A stretch of 64,000 bases of DNA from the NCBI GenBank assembly GCA_965197475.1, contig CBDANF010000003.1:3392001-3456000 (forward strand), given 5' to 3'. Positions 1 to 9,119 of this stretch are shown here, one piece after another. The notes below the pieces were generated by a model, which searched no databases, was not told the DNA's origin, and worked only from the letters and a program-made list of their open reading frames with translations. Both the position numbers and the translations under genes were made by a program. The stretch's first letter is position 1; each line of letters opens with the position of its first letter. The DNA comes from Candidatus Poribacteria bacterium (lineage in GTDB: Bacteria; Poribacteria; WGA-4E; WGA-3G).

Positions 1-183
1 AACGGACAAGGAAAAGTACCTGAAATCTCTTGGTCTACAAGCGGACATACCGTCAGCAATGTGCCACTATACGGTTGGGGCAAGAATGCTGAACATGTTG
101 AAGGAGTCATGAACAATACGGATCTGATCAAAGTAGTGTTTGGCAACGGTGACTTGAGTGATGTCCAACTCACCCTATTTTAG
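1..183 (+). CDS. Alkaline phosphatase family protein, C-terminal fragment (runs off window start)
   Basis: Frame 1 reads ...ISWSTSGHTVSNVPLYGWGKNAEHVEGVMNNTDLIKVV...TAG, matching the W-x-T-x-GHT...VP...G...G-x-x-D/NNT end of alkaline phosphatases. Confidence 0.6.
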   Translation, partial: NGQGKVPEISWSTSGHTVSNVPLYGWGKNAEHVEGVMNNTDLIKVVFGNGDLSDVQLTLF

Positions 184-827
184 ATCCGCCTATGAGTAAG
201 AGTATGTTGTCTAACATAGCACGCTGAGAAATCCCTCGCGTGTTGAGCTGCATTTGTGGACGACATAATACCAGACATCACTGCAACCCCGGATGCGCCC
301 GCCTCCAAACATTCACTAACATGTAACGGTGTAATCCCACCAAGCGCGAACACAGGCAACTTGACCTGCTCTACCAACTTTTGGAGATTTACTATTCCAA
401 CCGACGGTCCATATCCCGGTTTGCTTTTTGTCGGATAGATTGGACTATAGGTTACAAAATCTGCGCCTTCAGCCTCCCTTTTTTTAGCACTATCAACACC
501 GTGTATTGAGCAGCCAACCAGAAAATCGTCGCCTGATTGTGCTTTCACTTCCTCAACAGATTTATCAATGTCGGGCAAATGAACGCCTATAGCACCTACA
601 TCAACCGCAACTTGCACATTGGTATTGATAAATAGACTTGCGTTGTTTGTTCTACACAACTTTGAAATGGGTTGCGCTAACTCGTACAAAGCAATATCAT
701 CTAAATCCTTTTCACGTAACTGGATTGCTTTGACACCGGCATCTAAAATTTCAGAGATAACTGTGAGTAAAGGCTTGGGTGCACACTGAACTCTGTTGGT
801 GATAACGTAAAGTTTAAAATCGATCAT
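180..827 (-). CDS. thiE: Thiamine-phosphate synthase (ThiE/TenI family)
   Basis: LYVIT, IQLREK, GVHL, SPIYPTKSK, PVFALGGI, GVAVMSGI motifs. Confidence 0.85.
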   Translation of the reverse strand: MIDFKLYVITNRVQCAPKPLLTVISEILDAGVKAIQLREKDLDDIALYELAQPISKLCRTNNASLFINTNVQVAVDVGAIGVHLPDIDKSVEEVKAQSGDDFLVGCSIHGVDSAKKREAEGADFVTYSPIYPTKSKPGYGPSVGIVNLQKLVEQVKLPVFALGGITPLHVSECLEAGASGVAVMSGIMSSTNAAQHARDFSACYVRQHTLTHRRI

Positions 828-830
828 TTG

Positions 831-2204
831 TTAAGATGAAACTCGACGAAGCCTTGCAGCGAAAGTGCCATCAACACTGTGTTCGTGGGGAAACGTTTGG
901 AGAAATCCTTCTGGTGTTATTGCACTCTGTGGCACATCAGGTAAAAATTCACCCGCATGTTCTACAGTAAACATAGGAAATTTCTTCAAAAATCGGTTGA
1001 TGACTTCCTCGTTTTCCTGCGGTTCGATTGTACAAGTGCTGTAAACTAAAATGCTACCATTTTTAATATGTGGGGCAGCATTTTCCAAGAAGTAATACTG
1101 AAGGTCGTTGAGGGCACAAAGTTGATTAAATGTTTTGTTCCAACGGATATCTGGATGCCGTCGGAGTGTACCGAATCCTGAACACGGAACATCAATTAGC
1201 ACGGCATCTGCAGCGTTGATGAAACTAAGATCCGCTTTTGCGGCATCTATTGTTCGAGGTTCCACGTTTTGAACACCGATACGTTTGCAATTTTCTCGTA
1301 AAATAGCAAGTTTCTTTTCTGAAATATCAGCGGCGATAATCTTTCCAGAATTTTCCATCATACACGCTATGTGCGTCGTCTTACCCCCTGGTGATGCACA
1401 CAAATCCACCACTAATTGGGAGGATTCCGACATGAGAAGATGTGGGACTAACATCGCACTTTCGTCTTGCACATAGAGATCATTACGATTAAGCAGATCT
1501 TTTAACGTTTTCTCACCAGTAGAATGGGAAATTTCATCGTAGGTGGTGATTGATCGGTTTTCAACCACAATTCCATCTGGCGTGATTTTTGAAATTGCAG
1601 TAGATAGCCCACTTGATTTTAGAGATTCGCAAAGTTCGTCGCGATCTGTTAGAAGGGAATTCACTCGGAAAGTAAGCGGAGCCACCTGATTACTCGCTTC
1701 ACAGAACGCCAAAGTCCAAGCGAGTCCGCGCGCTTGAACCCACCTTTTGATTAACCACTTCGGATATGATAAGGACAAAGATATATGTTCTACTGGGTGA
1801 GTGTCAAGTGAAGGATAGGACAATTCTGAACTCTTGCGTTGAACGGCACGCAAAACAGCATTGATAAAACCCGTGGTTTTCCGATTATCTTTTGTAAGTT
1901 GGACGGTTTCAAAAATAGCAGCGTGGGCGGGGATGCCATCAAGGTGTAATAATTGAAATGCACCGAGTCGGAGGATCGCGCGATGCTTCACATCCAATTG
2001 AAACCGGGGATTGACAAAATGTTCCAGCACCCAATCCAACTGGTTTTGCCACCGAACAACGCCATACACAAGAGCGTTTGCCAATCGGCGTTCGCGACCG
2101 TTTAGCGTGTACTGCCTGAATGCGTTATCAACGACAGACGAAATTGACTCATCAGTCTTAGAAAGGTCTAACAGACATACCAATGCGACTTCGCGTGCGT
2201 TCAT
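831..2204 (-). CDS. rsmB: 16S rRNA m5C967 methyltransferase RsmB/Sun
   Basis: NusB-like N-terminus; VQDESA, DLCASPGGKT, DVPCSGFG, LVYSTCT motifs. Confidence 0.95.
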   Translation of the reverse strand: MNAREVALVCLLDLSKTDESISSVVDNAFRQYTLNGRERRLANALVYGVVRWQNQLDWVLEHFVNPRFQLDVKHRAILRLGAFQLLHLDGIPAHAAIFETVQLTKDNRKTTGFINAVLRAVQRKSSELSYPSLDTHPVEHISLSLSYPKWLIKRWVQARGLAWTLAFCEASNQVAPLTFRVNSLLTDRDELCESLKSSGLSTAISKITPDGIVVENRSITTYDEISHSTGEKTLKDLLNRNDLYVQDESAMLVPHLLMSESSQLVVDLCASPGGKTTHIACMMENSGKIIAADISEKKLAILRENCKRIGVQNVEPRTIDAAKADLSFINAADAVLIDVPCSGFGTLRRHPDIRWNKTFNQLCALNDLQYYFLENAAPHIKNGSILVYSTCTIEPQENEEVINRFLKKFPMFTVEHAGEFLPDVPQSAITPEGFLQTFPHEHSVDGTFAARLRRVSS

Positions 2205-2317
2205 GTTTTATTCTTCCTAGACGCTAACGATGCTACAGGCATGATTTCAAACCGCACCTACCAGAGAGATGTACTCTTGATTGATTCAAGTATATAGGGC
2301 AATTAGTACTGATGTAA

Positions 2318-2590
2318 TTAGGCAGATTGTGCAGTGAGCGTGTTTAACTGACGCGTGATTCGGGATTTTTGGCGATTCGCCATGCCTTTTTTGATGACAC
2401 CTTTACTGGCGGCTCTGTCAAGCAAACTCGCGGTAACTTTGCACAATTCTTGTGCCTTTTCCACGTCACCTTCCTGCAGTGCTAATTCAGCATTTTTGAG
2501 CGAAGTTCTGAAAGTGGTTTTACGGTGTCTGTTCCGCGTTCGTTTTTTGGCATCCGCGCGTGCATGTTTCTTTGCAGATTGTCTATTCAA
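2318..2590 (-). CDS. rpsT: 30S ribosomal protein S20
   Basis: N-x-x-SAKK...RNR...LDRAASKGVIKKGMANRQKSR; AGGAG RBS ahead of a TTG start. Confidence 0.95.
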   Translation of the reverse strand: MNRQSAKKHARADAKKRTRNRHRKTTFRTSLKNAELALQEGDVEKAQELCKVTASLLDRAASKGVIKKGMANRQKSRITRQLNTLTAQSA

Positions 2591-2686
2591 AACGTAAAAC
2601 TCCTTTTAAATTTATCTTGGCTTTATACCTTCCTTAATGATACCACAAAAATCTGTGTTTGTCTATTTTTTCTTTGAGTTTACTGC

Positions 2687-2717
2687 GTTTGTAGTCGCGC
2701 AATTCATTACGCCTCTT
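2687..2717 (+). repeat. GTAG-type REP palindrome, family A (GTAGTCGCGCAATTCATTACGC)
   Basis: 31-nt exact reverse-complement copy at 53485-53515; related copies near 37072-37095 and 43790-43814. Confidence 0.8.
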
Positions 2718-2797
2718 GTTTATAATACCAAATTAAATTGATTATTCATATACCGCGTAAATCCTGGTTCAGACAATTAAGATTATTTGACCCACTG

Positions 2798-4408
2798 TCA
2801 CCGCATAACAGCCACCTTTTTCACGAGGGTATATGTTTCACCTTTTACATCGACTGAAATATAACAGATATAAATCCCTGCCGATACGGCTAACCCATAG
2901 GCGGTTTGCTGATTCCACCATGTCCGCCAAACCCGTTTGTTGAGTCTGTCCTCTACCCCCTCGACTCTTTTAATTAAGCTACCGTGAACATCGTAGATGT
3001 GAACCTTCATACCAGTAATTTCCAGATTTCCCTCAACGCGGAATTCTGTTGGATTGTTGGAACGTACAGGATTAGGGGATATGATTACATCTTTCCATAC
3101 GAATGCTTCTTCTAAAACGACAGATCGCTTCACTGAAGTAGCACCCAGTGGATACCGTGCTATGCCAAGCAGGGTATTTACCCCAGGAGCCAGCGGAATC
3201 GTTGCTGTGTAGGTTTGATTTTCTCTATCTAACTTTGCCTCCACACCGCTTGGATGAAAAATAATATCAATTGGAAAATCGGAACGGAATGTGCCATTGA
3301 TTTGCAGTGGATTCTGTTTGACGATATCGGGTAGTTCAAACGTAATCTGTGGCATTTGCCGTTCAGGTTGGAACATATCAGTGAGGAGACTATCCACTGT
3401 GACAAGCAAAAGTTGTGTAATCTTTGTCACCAAACGGAAGTTGATCTTATCAACAGTATCGCGGAATGTATGATAGAAAGGATTGACATCGTAGTTTTGC
3501 GAATCACGCCACGGTGTTGAACTTTCAATTAATGTGACTGCCGGATAGCCTGAATCCCAGAAAGGTTTGTGTGAAGAGATGTCAATAAATTCATCCTGCG
3601 TTCGCCGAATTTTCAAGCCGATGTCATACCATGAGTTAGAAATTATGAGCGCACGACTTAACCATGCTGAATCTCTGTTGGAAATTACTTCAACAAGGTC
3701 ACTTTTCCAGTTGAACCCAATCATGTCTAAATTAAAAACGGCGGCAATTTTTTCGGAATCCGGTGTGCGCGTTGTCGTTGAAAAATTGTTGTGGGGATTT
3801 CCATTTCCAACTGCTTCTCGGACATAGTTGCGACTCCCCAAAAAACCGAGTTCCTCGCCACCCAAAGCAATAAATTTTATTTCATGATTATATTCATACT
3901 GACTTAGGATATTGGCGATTTCCAACATTGCCGCAACACCTGTGCCGTTTTTGTTTGCTCCGGGCGCACTTGATGCCAAAGGATTCCAATTCGGTTCACG
4001 TCCGGCTTGCGTGTCGTAATGTGCACAGATAATAAAGACACGTTTGCTTGATGAAGTCGGCTTCGGTGGTAGAACTGCTACAACATTCCGAATACCGCCA
4101 ACGATCTGCTCACTCACTTGTAGCTGTCCGGAGCTGCGAAACTTAAATTTGATGTAATCTACAACGTTATCTGTCGCTTTCCGATGATGTGCACTGCGTG
4201 TGCGGTAAGCTAGTTCATTCGGATGATACGAGATATTTTCCTGCAGTGCCGTAACATGGGAAACTAACGCATCGGACTTCACCTCAGTAATGAGTTCATC
4301 TCCACGCTCAGCATTTACCGAAATTGAGGGAAAAAGTGTGAATAGAAAAATTGCGTAGGTTTGCGCTATTAAGAACTTATAGGGTAGACACTTAAATTGG
4401 CTTGACAT
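2798..4408 (-). CDS. Secreted M28-family peptidase-like protein with C-terminal FlgD-Ig/secretion-type domain
   Basis: Signal peptide; IICAHYDT, PGANKNGTG (usual DD replaced), GEELGFLGS, NLDMIG, YHT..D; C-terminal ISPNP...IYD..G.LI...W...VSAGIY. Confidence 0.8.
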   Translation of the reverse strand: MSSQFKCLPYKFLIAQTYAIFLFTLFPSISVNAERGDELITEVKSDALVSHVTALQENISYHPNELAYRTRSAHHRKATDNVVDYIKFKFRSSGQLQVSEQIVGGIRNVVAVLPPKPTSSSKRVFIICAHYDTQAGREPNWNPLASSAPGANKNGTGVAAMLEIANILSQYEYNHEIKFIALGGEELGFLGSRNYVREAVGNGNPHNNFSTTTRTPDSEKIAAVFNLDMIGFNWKSDLVEVISNRDSAWLSRALIISNSWYDIGLKIRRTQDEFIDISSHKPFWDSGYPAVTLIESSTPWRDSQNYDVNPFYHTFRDTVDKINFRLVTKITQLLLVTVDSLLTDMFQPERQMPQITFELPDIVKQNPLQINGTFRSDFPIDIIFHPSGVEAKLDRENQTYTATIPLAPGVNTLLGIARYPLGATSVKRSVVLEEAFVWKDVIISPNPVRSNNPTEFRVEGNLEITGMKVHIYDVHGSLIKRVEGVEDRLNKRVWRTWWNQQTAYGLAVSAGIYICYISVDVKGETYTLVKKVAVMR

Positions 4409-4616
4409 AAGAATAAATTTTTGATATTATGTAAAATCAGATGTAATAATTCTATTGAAGCAATTTACGGTAGTTCTATAAATTGGTTCGCATGACAACG
4501 CCTCATCTTCAACGCATTGCACAGAATAGTGTTAACTGCTCTGCACTTCTGGCAATAACATCTTTGATTTTACCAGTTTTCTTGAGAGATTGCAAACAAA
4601 GATTCGGAGTGCCATT

Positions 4617-5576
4617 ATGCCAGCAAACCTGCCTCCAACATACTATAAACTCAAACATCAGCATGAAGCAGCCAAAACGGATGCGGAGCGGCTCAGTCTG
4701 TTAGAGGAGATGCTGCGTATTGTTCCGAAACACAAGGGAACGGAGAAAGTCGTATCGGATCTCCGAAAACGTATTGCTGTACTGAAAAAAGATTCGTCTG
4801 GAAAAGGGGGTAAGAGTTCAGGAAAAAGGGGAAATAGTGAACATATTCCGAAGCAGGGAGCTGGGCAAATTGTTATGTTCGGTCCACCAAATAGCGGAAA
4901 ATCGCTGATGCTCGCCAATTTCACAAAAGCAAAATCTGAGGTGTCGCCGACACCATATACGACAACGATACCAGTCGTTGGGATGCTGTCTTATGAAAAT
5001 ATCCAATTCCAACTGATTGATACGCCCTCTATTATGCAGGATTTTATTTCCTCAACGGTGTTGACATTGGTTAGGAATGCCGACTTGTGCTTGGCGGTCG
5101 TGAGTCTTGCGAGTGATAATCTGTTAGACGAATTAGACATAGTACTAACAGTACTGAATGATCAAAAAGGCGATGCTGAGGATGATGCGACAGAATACCT
5201 CGTCGTTGCTAATCAATTGGACACACTGGGTGCATCAGATAGGTTAGAAATTCTTACCGAGTTTTATGGAGAAGATTTTCATATTTATCCGATTTCTGCT
5301 GAAACAGGCGAAGGTAAAGATGCTTTATTGCAAGCACTCTACGACACGTTGAACATCGTCCGTGTTTATCCGAAAGCTCCGGGCAAACCGATAGACCGCG
5401 ATGACCCTATTGTTCTTCAGCACGGTGCAACTGTACTTGATGCTGCCCTCGGCTTACACAAAGATTTTGCTGAATTCAAGTTCGCACGGATATGGGGACC
5501 CGAATGGCACGATGGTCAACCCGTCAGTCGTAACGATGTAGTTTATGATGGAGATGTCGTAGAATTTCATTTATAA
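4617..5576 (+). CDS. OBG/DRG-family GTPase with C-terminal TGS domain
   Basis: MPANLPP start with GGAG RBS; PKHKGTEK, GPPNSGKS, PYTTT, LIDTP, ISAETGEG, DGDVVEFH. Confidence 0.85.
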   Translation: MPANLPPTYYKLKHQHEAAKTDAERLSLLEEMLRIVPKHKGTEKVVSDLRKRIAVLKKDSSGKGGKSSGKRGNSEHIPKQGAGQIVMFGPPNSGKSLMLANFTKAKSEVSPTPYTTTIPVVGMLSYENIQFQLIDTPSIMQDFISSTVLTLVRNADLCLAVVSLASDNLLDELDIVLTVLNDQKGDAEDDATEYLVVANQLDTLGASDRLEILTEFYGEDFHIYPISAETGEGKDALLQALYDTLNIVRVYPKAPGKPIDRDDPIVLQHGATVLDAALGLHKDFAEFKFARIWGPEWHDGQPVSRNDVVYDGDVVEFHL

Positions 5577-5637
5577 GCGTTTCCTATTTGAAACATGCTA
5601 AGCAATTTATGAGAGATTTTAAATACGGAGGAAAGTT

Positions 5638-5886
5638 ATGCTAACCAAAATCCAAAAATCAGAAAATAGCGATGGCATCTATTTTACGAAGAATATGTTG
5701 GAAGCAGCACAAATGAACGTAGGGGACGAGGTCCAGGTTACGGTACAGAACGGTAGGATTATTATTGAATCTGCTGCTCAAGCACTTAGACGAACCGATT
5801 TTCAGACATTACTTGCCGAAATGCCAGAGGACTATCAACCAGAAGAAACAGATTGGGGCAAGCCGGTTGGTAAAGAGGTATGGTAG
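5638..5886 (+). CDS. mazE: AbrB/MazE-type antitoxin
   Basis: AbrB-fold N-terminus, C-terminal DWGKPVGKEVW typical of MazE; abuts mazF. Confidence 0.85.
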   Translation: MLTKIQKSENSDGIYFTKNMLEAAQMNVGDEVQVTVQNGRIIIESAAQALRRTDFQTLLAEMPEDYQPEETDWGKPVGKEVW

Positions 5887-6231
5887 ATGCCAAGATATAT
5901 TCCAGAGAAGGGAGATTTCGTTTGTCTATCTTTTGATCCGCAATCAGGATATGAACAAAAAGGTAGATGCCCGGCATTGGTCGTCAGCAACACTTTATTT
6001 AATATTCACACCCAGCTAGCTATGGTGTGTCCTATAACCAACACATTCAGAAATGTTCCGTTCCACGTAAAAATTCCATTGAAGTCTTCACTTACAGGAT
6101 ACATTATGGTAGAGCAGATTAAATCTGTTGATTATGCAAGCCGTGATGTTGAGTTCCTTGAAAAGGCATCCACTTGGCTCATTGACGAAGTCCTAAGTGT
6201 GTTAGATGCGTGTCTATATCTGAATTCATAA
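5887..6231 (+). CDS. mazF: PemK/MazF endoribonuclease toxin
   Basis: YIPEKGD, FDPQSGYEQKGRCPALVVS, VCPIT, EQIKSVD. Confidence 0.9.
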   Translation: MPRYIPEKGDFVCLSFDPQSGYEQKGRCPALVVSNTLFNIHTQLAMVCPITNTFRNVPFHVKIPLKSSLTGYIMVEQIKSVDYASRDVEFLEKASTWLIDEVLSVLDACLYLNS

Positions 6232-6284
6232 TCTTGTAGATGGATTAAGACAACATACCTAAAAAGTATACAAACTCAGTTGAA

Positions 6285-7859
6285 ATGAAATACAAAAAAG
6301 ATCAACATCCATATCTAATATATTCGCTGCTCATCCACATTGTTTTGCTGTTTTGTGTGTGGTGGCTTTATCCGAAAGATGAATTGCGCACGCCTTTCAG
6401 AGGGGGGTTTATCGTTAACATTTTTCAGATGCCTCGTCCTGCTGTAGTAAAGCCACCAGTACAGGTTGAAGAATCACCCGCTCCTATTGTAGAAAAGGTT
6501 GAAAAACTGCCCGCACCCCCGAAACCCCAAGTTAATTTGAACACCGATTTGCTAACAATTGAAAGTGATCAACCGTATCTCTCCACTGATCAAATGCGTA
6601 GGCAGGAAAACCTGAATGTTCATCGAAAGCCAGGAGGCACTGTTACAAACGGTACTCCTGTTGTTCCGAACCCTAAAATATCACAAAAACTCAATGTTCC
6701 CACTAAAACTGATAAGTTTAGTCGTGATTTGATTGCTTTGTCAGCCGCTTCTGAAACAACACAGGAGGTCCCTCAGGCAGATACGAGTCGTATAGCATTA
6801 GATACAAATGATGCTTTAGGTGGTGTATCGCCGACGGTTGGTACGCCGAAGATTTACTACGGAAGTCGACGCGGTGATGTGCTCCGGGCACCAGGAATGG
6901 GCAATGCATGGGGTGGCGGTAGTTATTCTGGTGAAGGCAACGTTAGCGCAATTTATATCAAAATGATGAAGGCTATCGCGCAAGAACTCACAGCAGCAAC
7001 GACCACAAAAAAGGTTGATATCGTTTTTGTCCTTGATGAAACCGCGAGTATGATTGACAATATACGCGGTATCCGAGCATATTTTGATTTCATTTTTGAT
7101 GCCTTCAAACGGGATGGTCGTGATGCCAATTATGGGTTGGTAACATTTACGGATAAGGCTAAAACTTATGGACAGACAGATGACCTCGGCACTCTCAAAA
7201 ACTGGCTTTTTAAGATAGACGTAGACCGAGGCGGAGACATCTCGGAGGCAGGATTAGATGCACTGATGACAGCCGTCCAAAAGATTAAATTCCGCCGAAA
7301 CGCGCAACGTTTCTTCATCCTCGCAAGTGATGCTGCATTCCATGACGCTGATTTTGATGGTAGGTCTTCTTATAGTCTGGATCAGGTGATTGAAACCTTG
7401 CAAAGGGAACAAATTCGCGTTGAAGTAATTGGTCTGGATTACCTGCCGATCAAACAAATTGCTATGGGGACAGGCGGCACTTGGCGCGCAATTCCTGGGA
7501 AAGGTTTTCTCGAATATGTTCCGCCATTAACTTTAACGGTCAAGATGTTATCTAAATTAGGCATTCTCAGTGTTGATGATAGCAATGTTGGTGATAAAAT
7601 CACTGTGTATGTTAACAATCCACCGCGTCCTAAACAGATAAAGCTGACGTGGAAGGTGCTCAACCCTTTGGGGGAGAGATGCTACGGCCCCTTCACGCAG
7701 AAAAAAGATATTCCAGATGATACTTCAACAGCGATAGAATTGACACCTGAACTTGATAGGGCTGCATTTCAGACTATTCCCGGCATCTATACCGTCATCT
7801 ATCGCCTCGAAAATGATAAGGGAGACAAAAGTATTCTCCGAAGAACACTAACATATTAA
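6285..7859 (+). CDS. Membrane-anchored von Willebrand factor A domain protein with Pro-rich linker
   Basis: N-terminal SLLIH..TM helix, Pro-rich spacer, MIDAS-like DIVFVLDETASM, GGDISE, ILASDA. Confidence 0.75.
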   Translation: MKYKKDQHPYLIYSLLIHIVLLFCVWWLYPKDELRTPFRGGFIVNIFQMPRPAVVKPPVQVEESPAPIVEKVEKLPAPPKPQVNLNTDLLTIESDQPYLSTDQMRRQENLNVHRKPGGTVTNGTPVVPNPKISQKLNVPTKTDKFSRDLIALSAASETTQEVPQADTSRIALDTNDALGGVSPTVGTPKIYYGSRRGDVLRAPGMGNAWGGGSYSGEGNVSAIYIKMMKAIAQELTAATTTKKVDIVFVLDETASMIDNIRGIRAYFDFIFDAFKRDGRDANYGLVTFTDKAKTYGQTDDLGTLKNWLFKIDVDRGGDISEAGLDALMTAVQKIKFRRNAQRFFILASDAAFHDADFDGRSSYSLDQVIETLQREQIRVEVIGLDYLPIKQIAMGTGGTWRAIPGKGFLEYVPPLTLTVKMLSKLGILSVDDSNVGDKITVYVNNPPRPKQIKLTWKVLNPLGERCYGPFTQKKDIPDDTSTAIELTPELDRAAFQTIPGIYTVIYRLENDKGDKSILRRTLTY

Positions 7860-7862
7860 TAG

Positions 7863-7887
7863 TAGTAGGCACTCCGCGTGCCGTAAC
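7863..7887 (+). repeat. REP palindrome family B (TAGTAGGCAC..GTGCCGT)
   Basis: Hairpin just after the vWA gene stop; related copies at 20108-20131 and 25585-25611. Confidence 0.75.
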
Positions 7888-7929
7888 CAGAGTAGTATAG
7901 GCGGGCTCCGCAAGGTTTCCATAACCAAA

Positions 7930-9096
7930 ATGAAAGATCTAATTTTTGAACAGTGCCATCATCATTTTAACGACATTGTCGCTATCCGACGCGATATCCA
8001 TCAGCATCCTGAACTCGGTTTTGATGTTGAACGCACCGCAGGGATTGCCGCTGATGCGCTTGACGCACTCGGCATCCAAGTCAAAACCGGCATCGGAAAA
8101 ACAGGGGTTGTCGGTGATTTTGAAGTTTCAGGTGCAACCAAACGGATCGCGTTGCGCGCAGATATGGACGCGCTCCCAATTCGAGAACTTACGGATGTAC
8201 CCTATAAATCGAAGATTAACGGCAAAGCGCACCTATGCGGACACGATGCACACACTGCGATGCTCATCGGTACCGCCAGAATTTTATCGCATCTCGAAAG
8301 TCGGCTCAATGCCAATATCCGATTCATCTTTCAACCGTGTGAGGAATCGTTCCCAGGTGGTGCACAAGCAATGATATCAGATGGCGCACTGGATGATGTT
8401 GACGAAATCTACGGTATACATGTCTTTCCGCTTTATGCTGTCGGCCAGTATGCCACTTGTGCTGGTCCGATGCTCGCGCAATCGGATACCTTTGAGATTA
8501 CTATCACAGGAAGAGGCGGACACGCTGCTTTTCCACACCTTACTGTTGACCCGATTATCCTTGGCACACAGTTTGTAAACGCTGCACAGTCAGTTGTTTC
8601 AAGATATGTGGATCCGTTAGACTCTGCGGTTGTCAGCATTACACAGTTCCAGGGTGGAGATGCTAAAAACGTTATTCCTGCCTCTGTAACACTTGGTGGT
8701 ACGGTACGAACTCTGGAAAAAGAGGTTCAAAAACGGGTTAGGGCACAGTTGGAAAACCTACTTGCTGGAATTGCAAATGCCCACAATGCAACTTATACTT
8801 TCACTTACCAAGAGGGATGTCCAGTCACCTACAACCATGAACCATGTGTTGACACAGCAGTCTCCTCAGCGCAGGCTTTAGTTGGAGAGGAAAATGTCAT
8901 TTTTCCGATATCCCCAATACTTGGAGGCGAAGATTTTGCCTGCTACTCACAGAAGATTCCTGCCTGTTTTGTGATGGTCGGTGCGGGGAATGAACAGAAA
9001 GGTATCGTTAACATGTGCCATCACCCGCAGTTTGATATTGACGAAACCTGTATGATATACGGCATGGCACTCACTGTGAGTCTGGGTTTAATGTGA
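7930..9096 (+). CDS. M20D amidohydrolase
   Basis: HQHPELGF, RADMDALP, HLCGHDAH, FQPCEE, GRGGHAA, GGEDFA, HHPQF. Confidence 0.92.
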   Translation: MKDLIFEQCHHHFNDIVAIRRDIHQHPELGFDVERTAGIAADALDALGIQVKTGIGKTGVVGDFEVSGATKRIALRADMDALPIRELTDVPYKSKINGKAHLCGHDAHTAMLIGTARILSHLESRLNANIRFIFQPCEESFPGGAQAMISDGALDDVDEIYGIHVFPLYAVGQYATCAGPMLAQSDTFEITITGRGGHAAFPHLTVDPIILGTQFVNAAQSVVSRYVDPLDSAVVSITQFQGGDAKNVIPASVTLGGTVRTLEKEVQKRVRAQLENLLAGIANAHNATYTFTYQEGCPVTYNHEPCVDTAVSSAQALVGEENVIFPISPILGGEDFACYSQKIPACFVMVGAGNEQKGIVNMCHHPQFDIDETCMIYGMALTVSLGLM

Positions 9097-9119
9097 TAAC
9101 AAGATTATAGGGAAGGAAA

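Noticed and set aside
195-226. REP-like hairpin forming the ThiE C-terminal tail
   Set aside because: Short stem and no second copy in the window.
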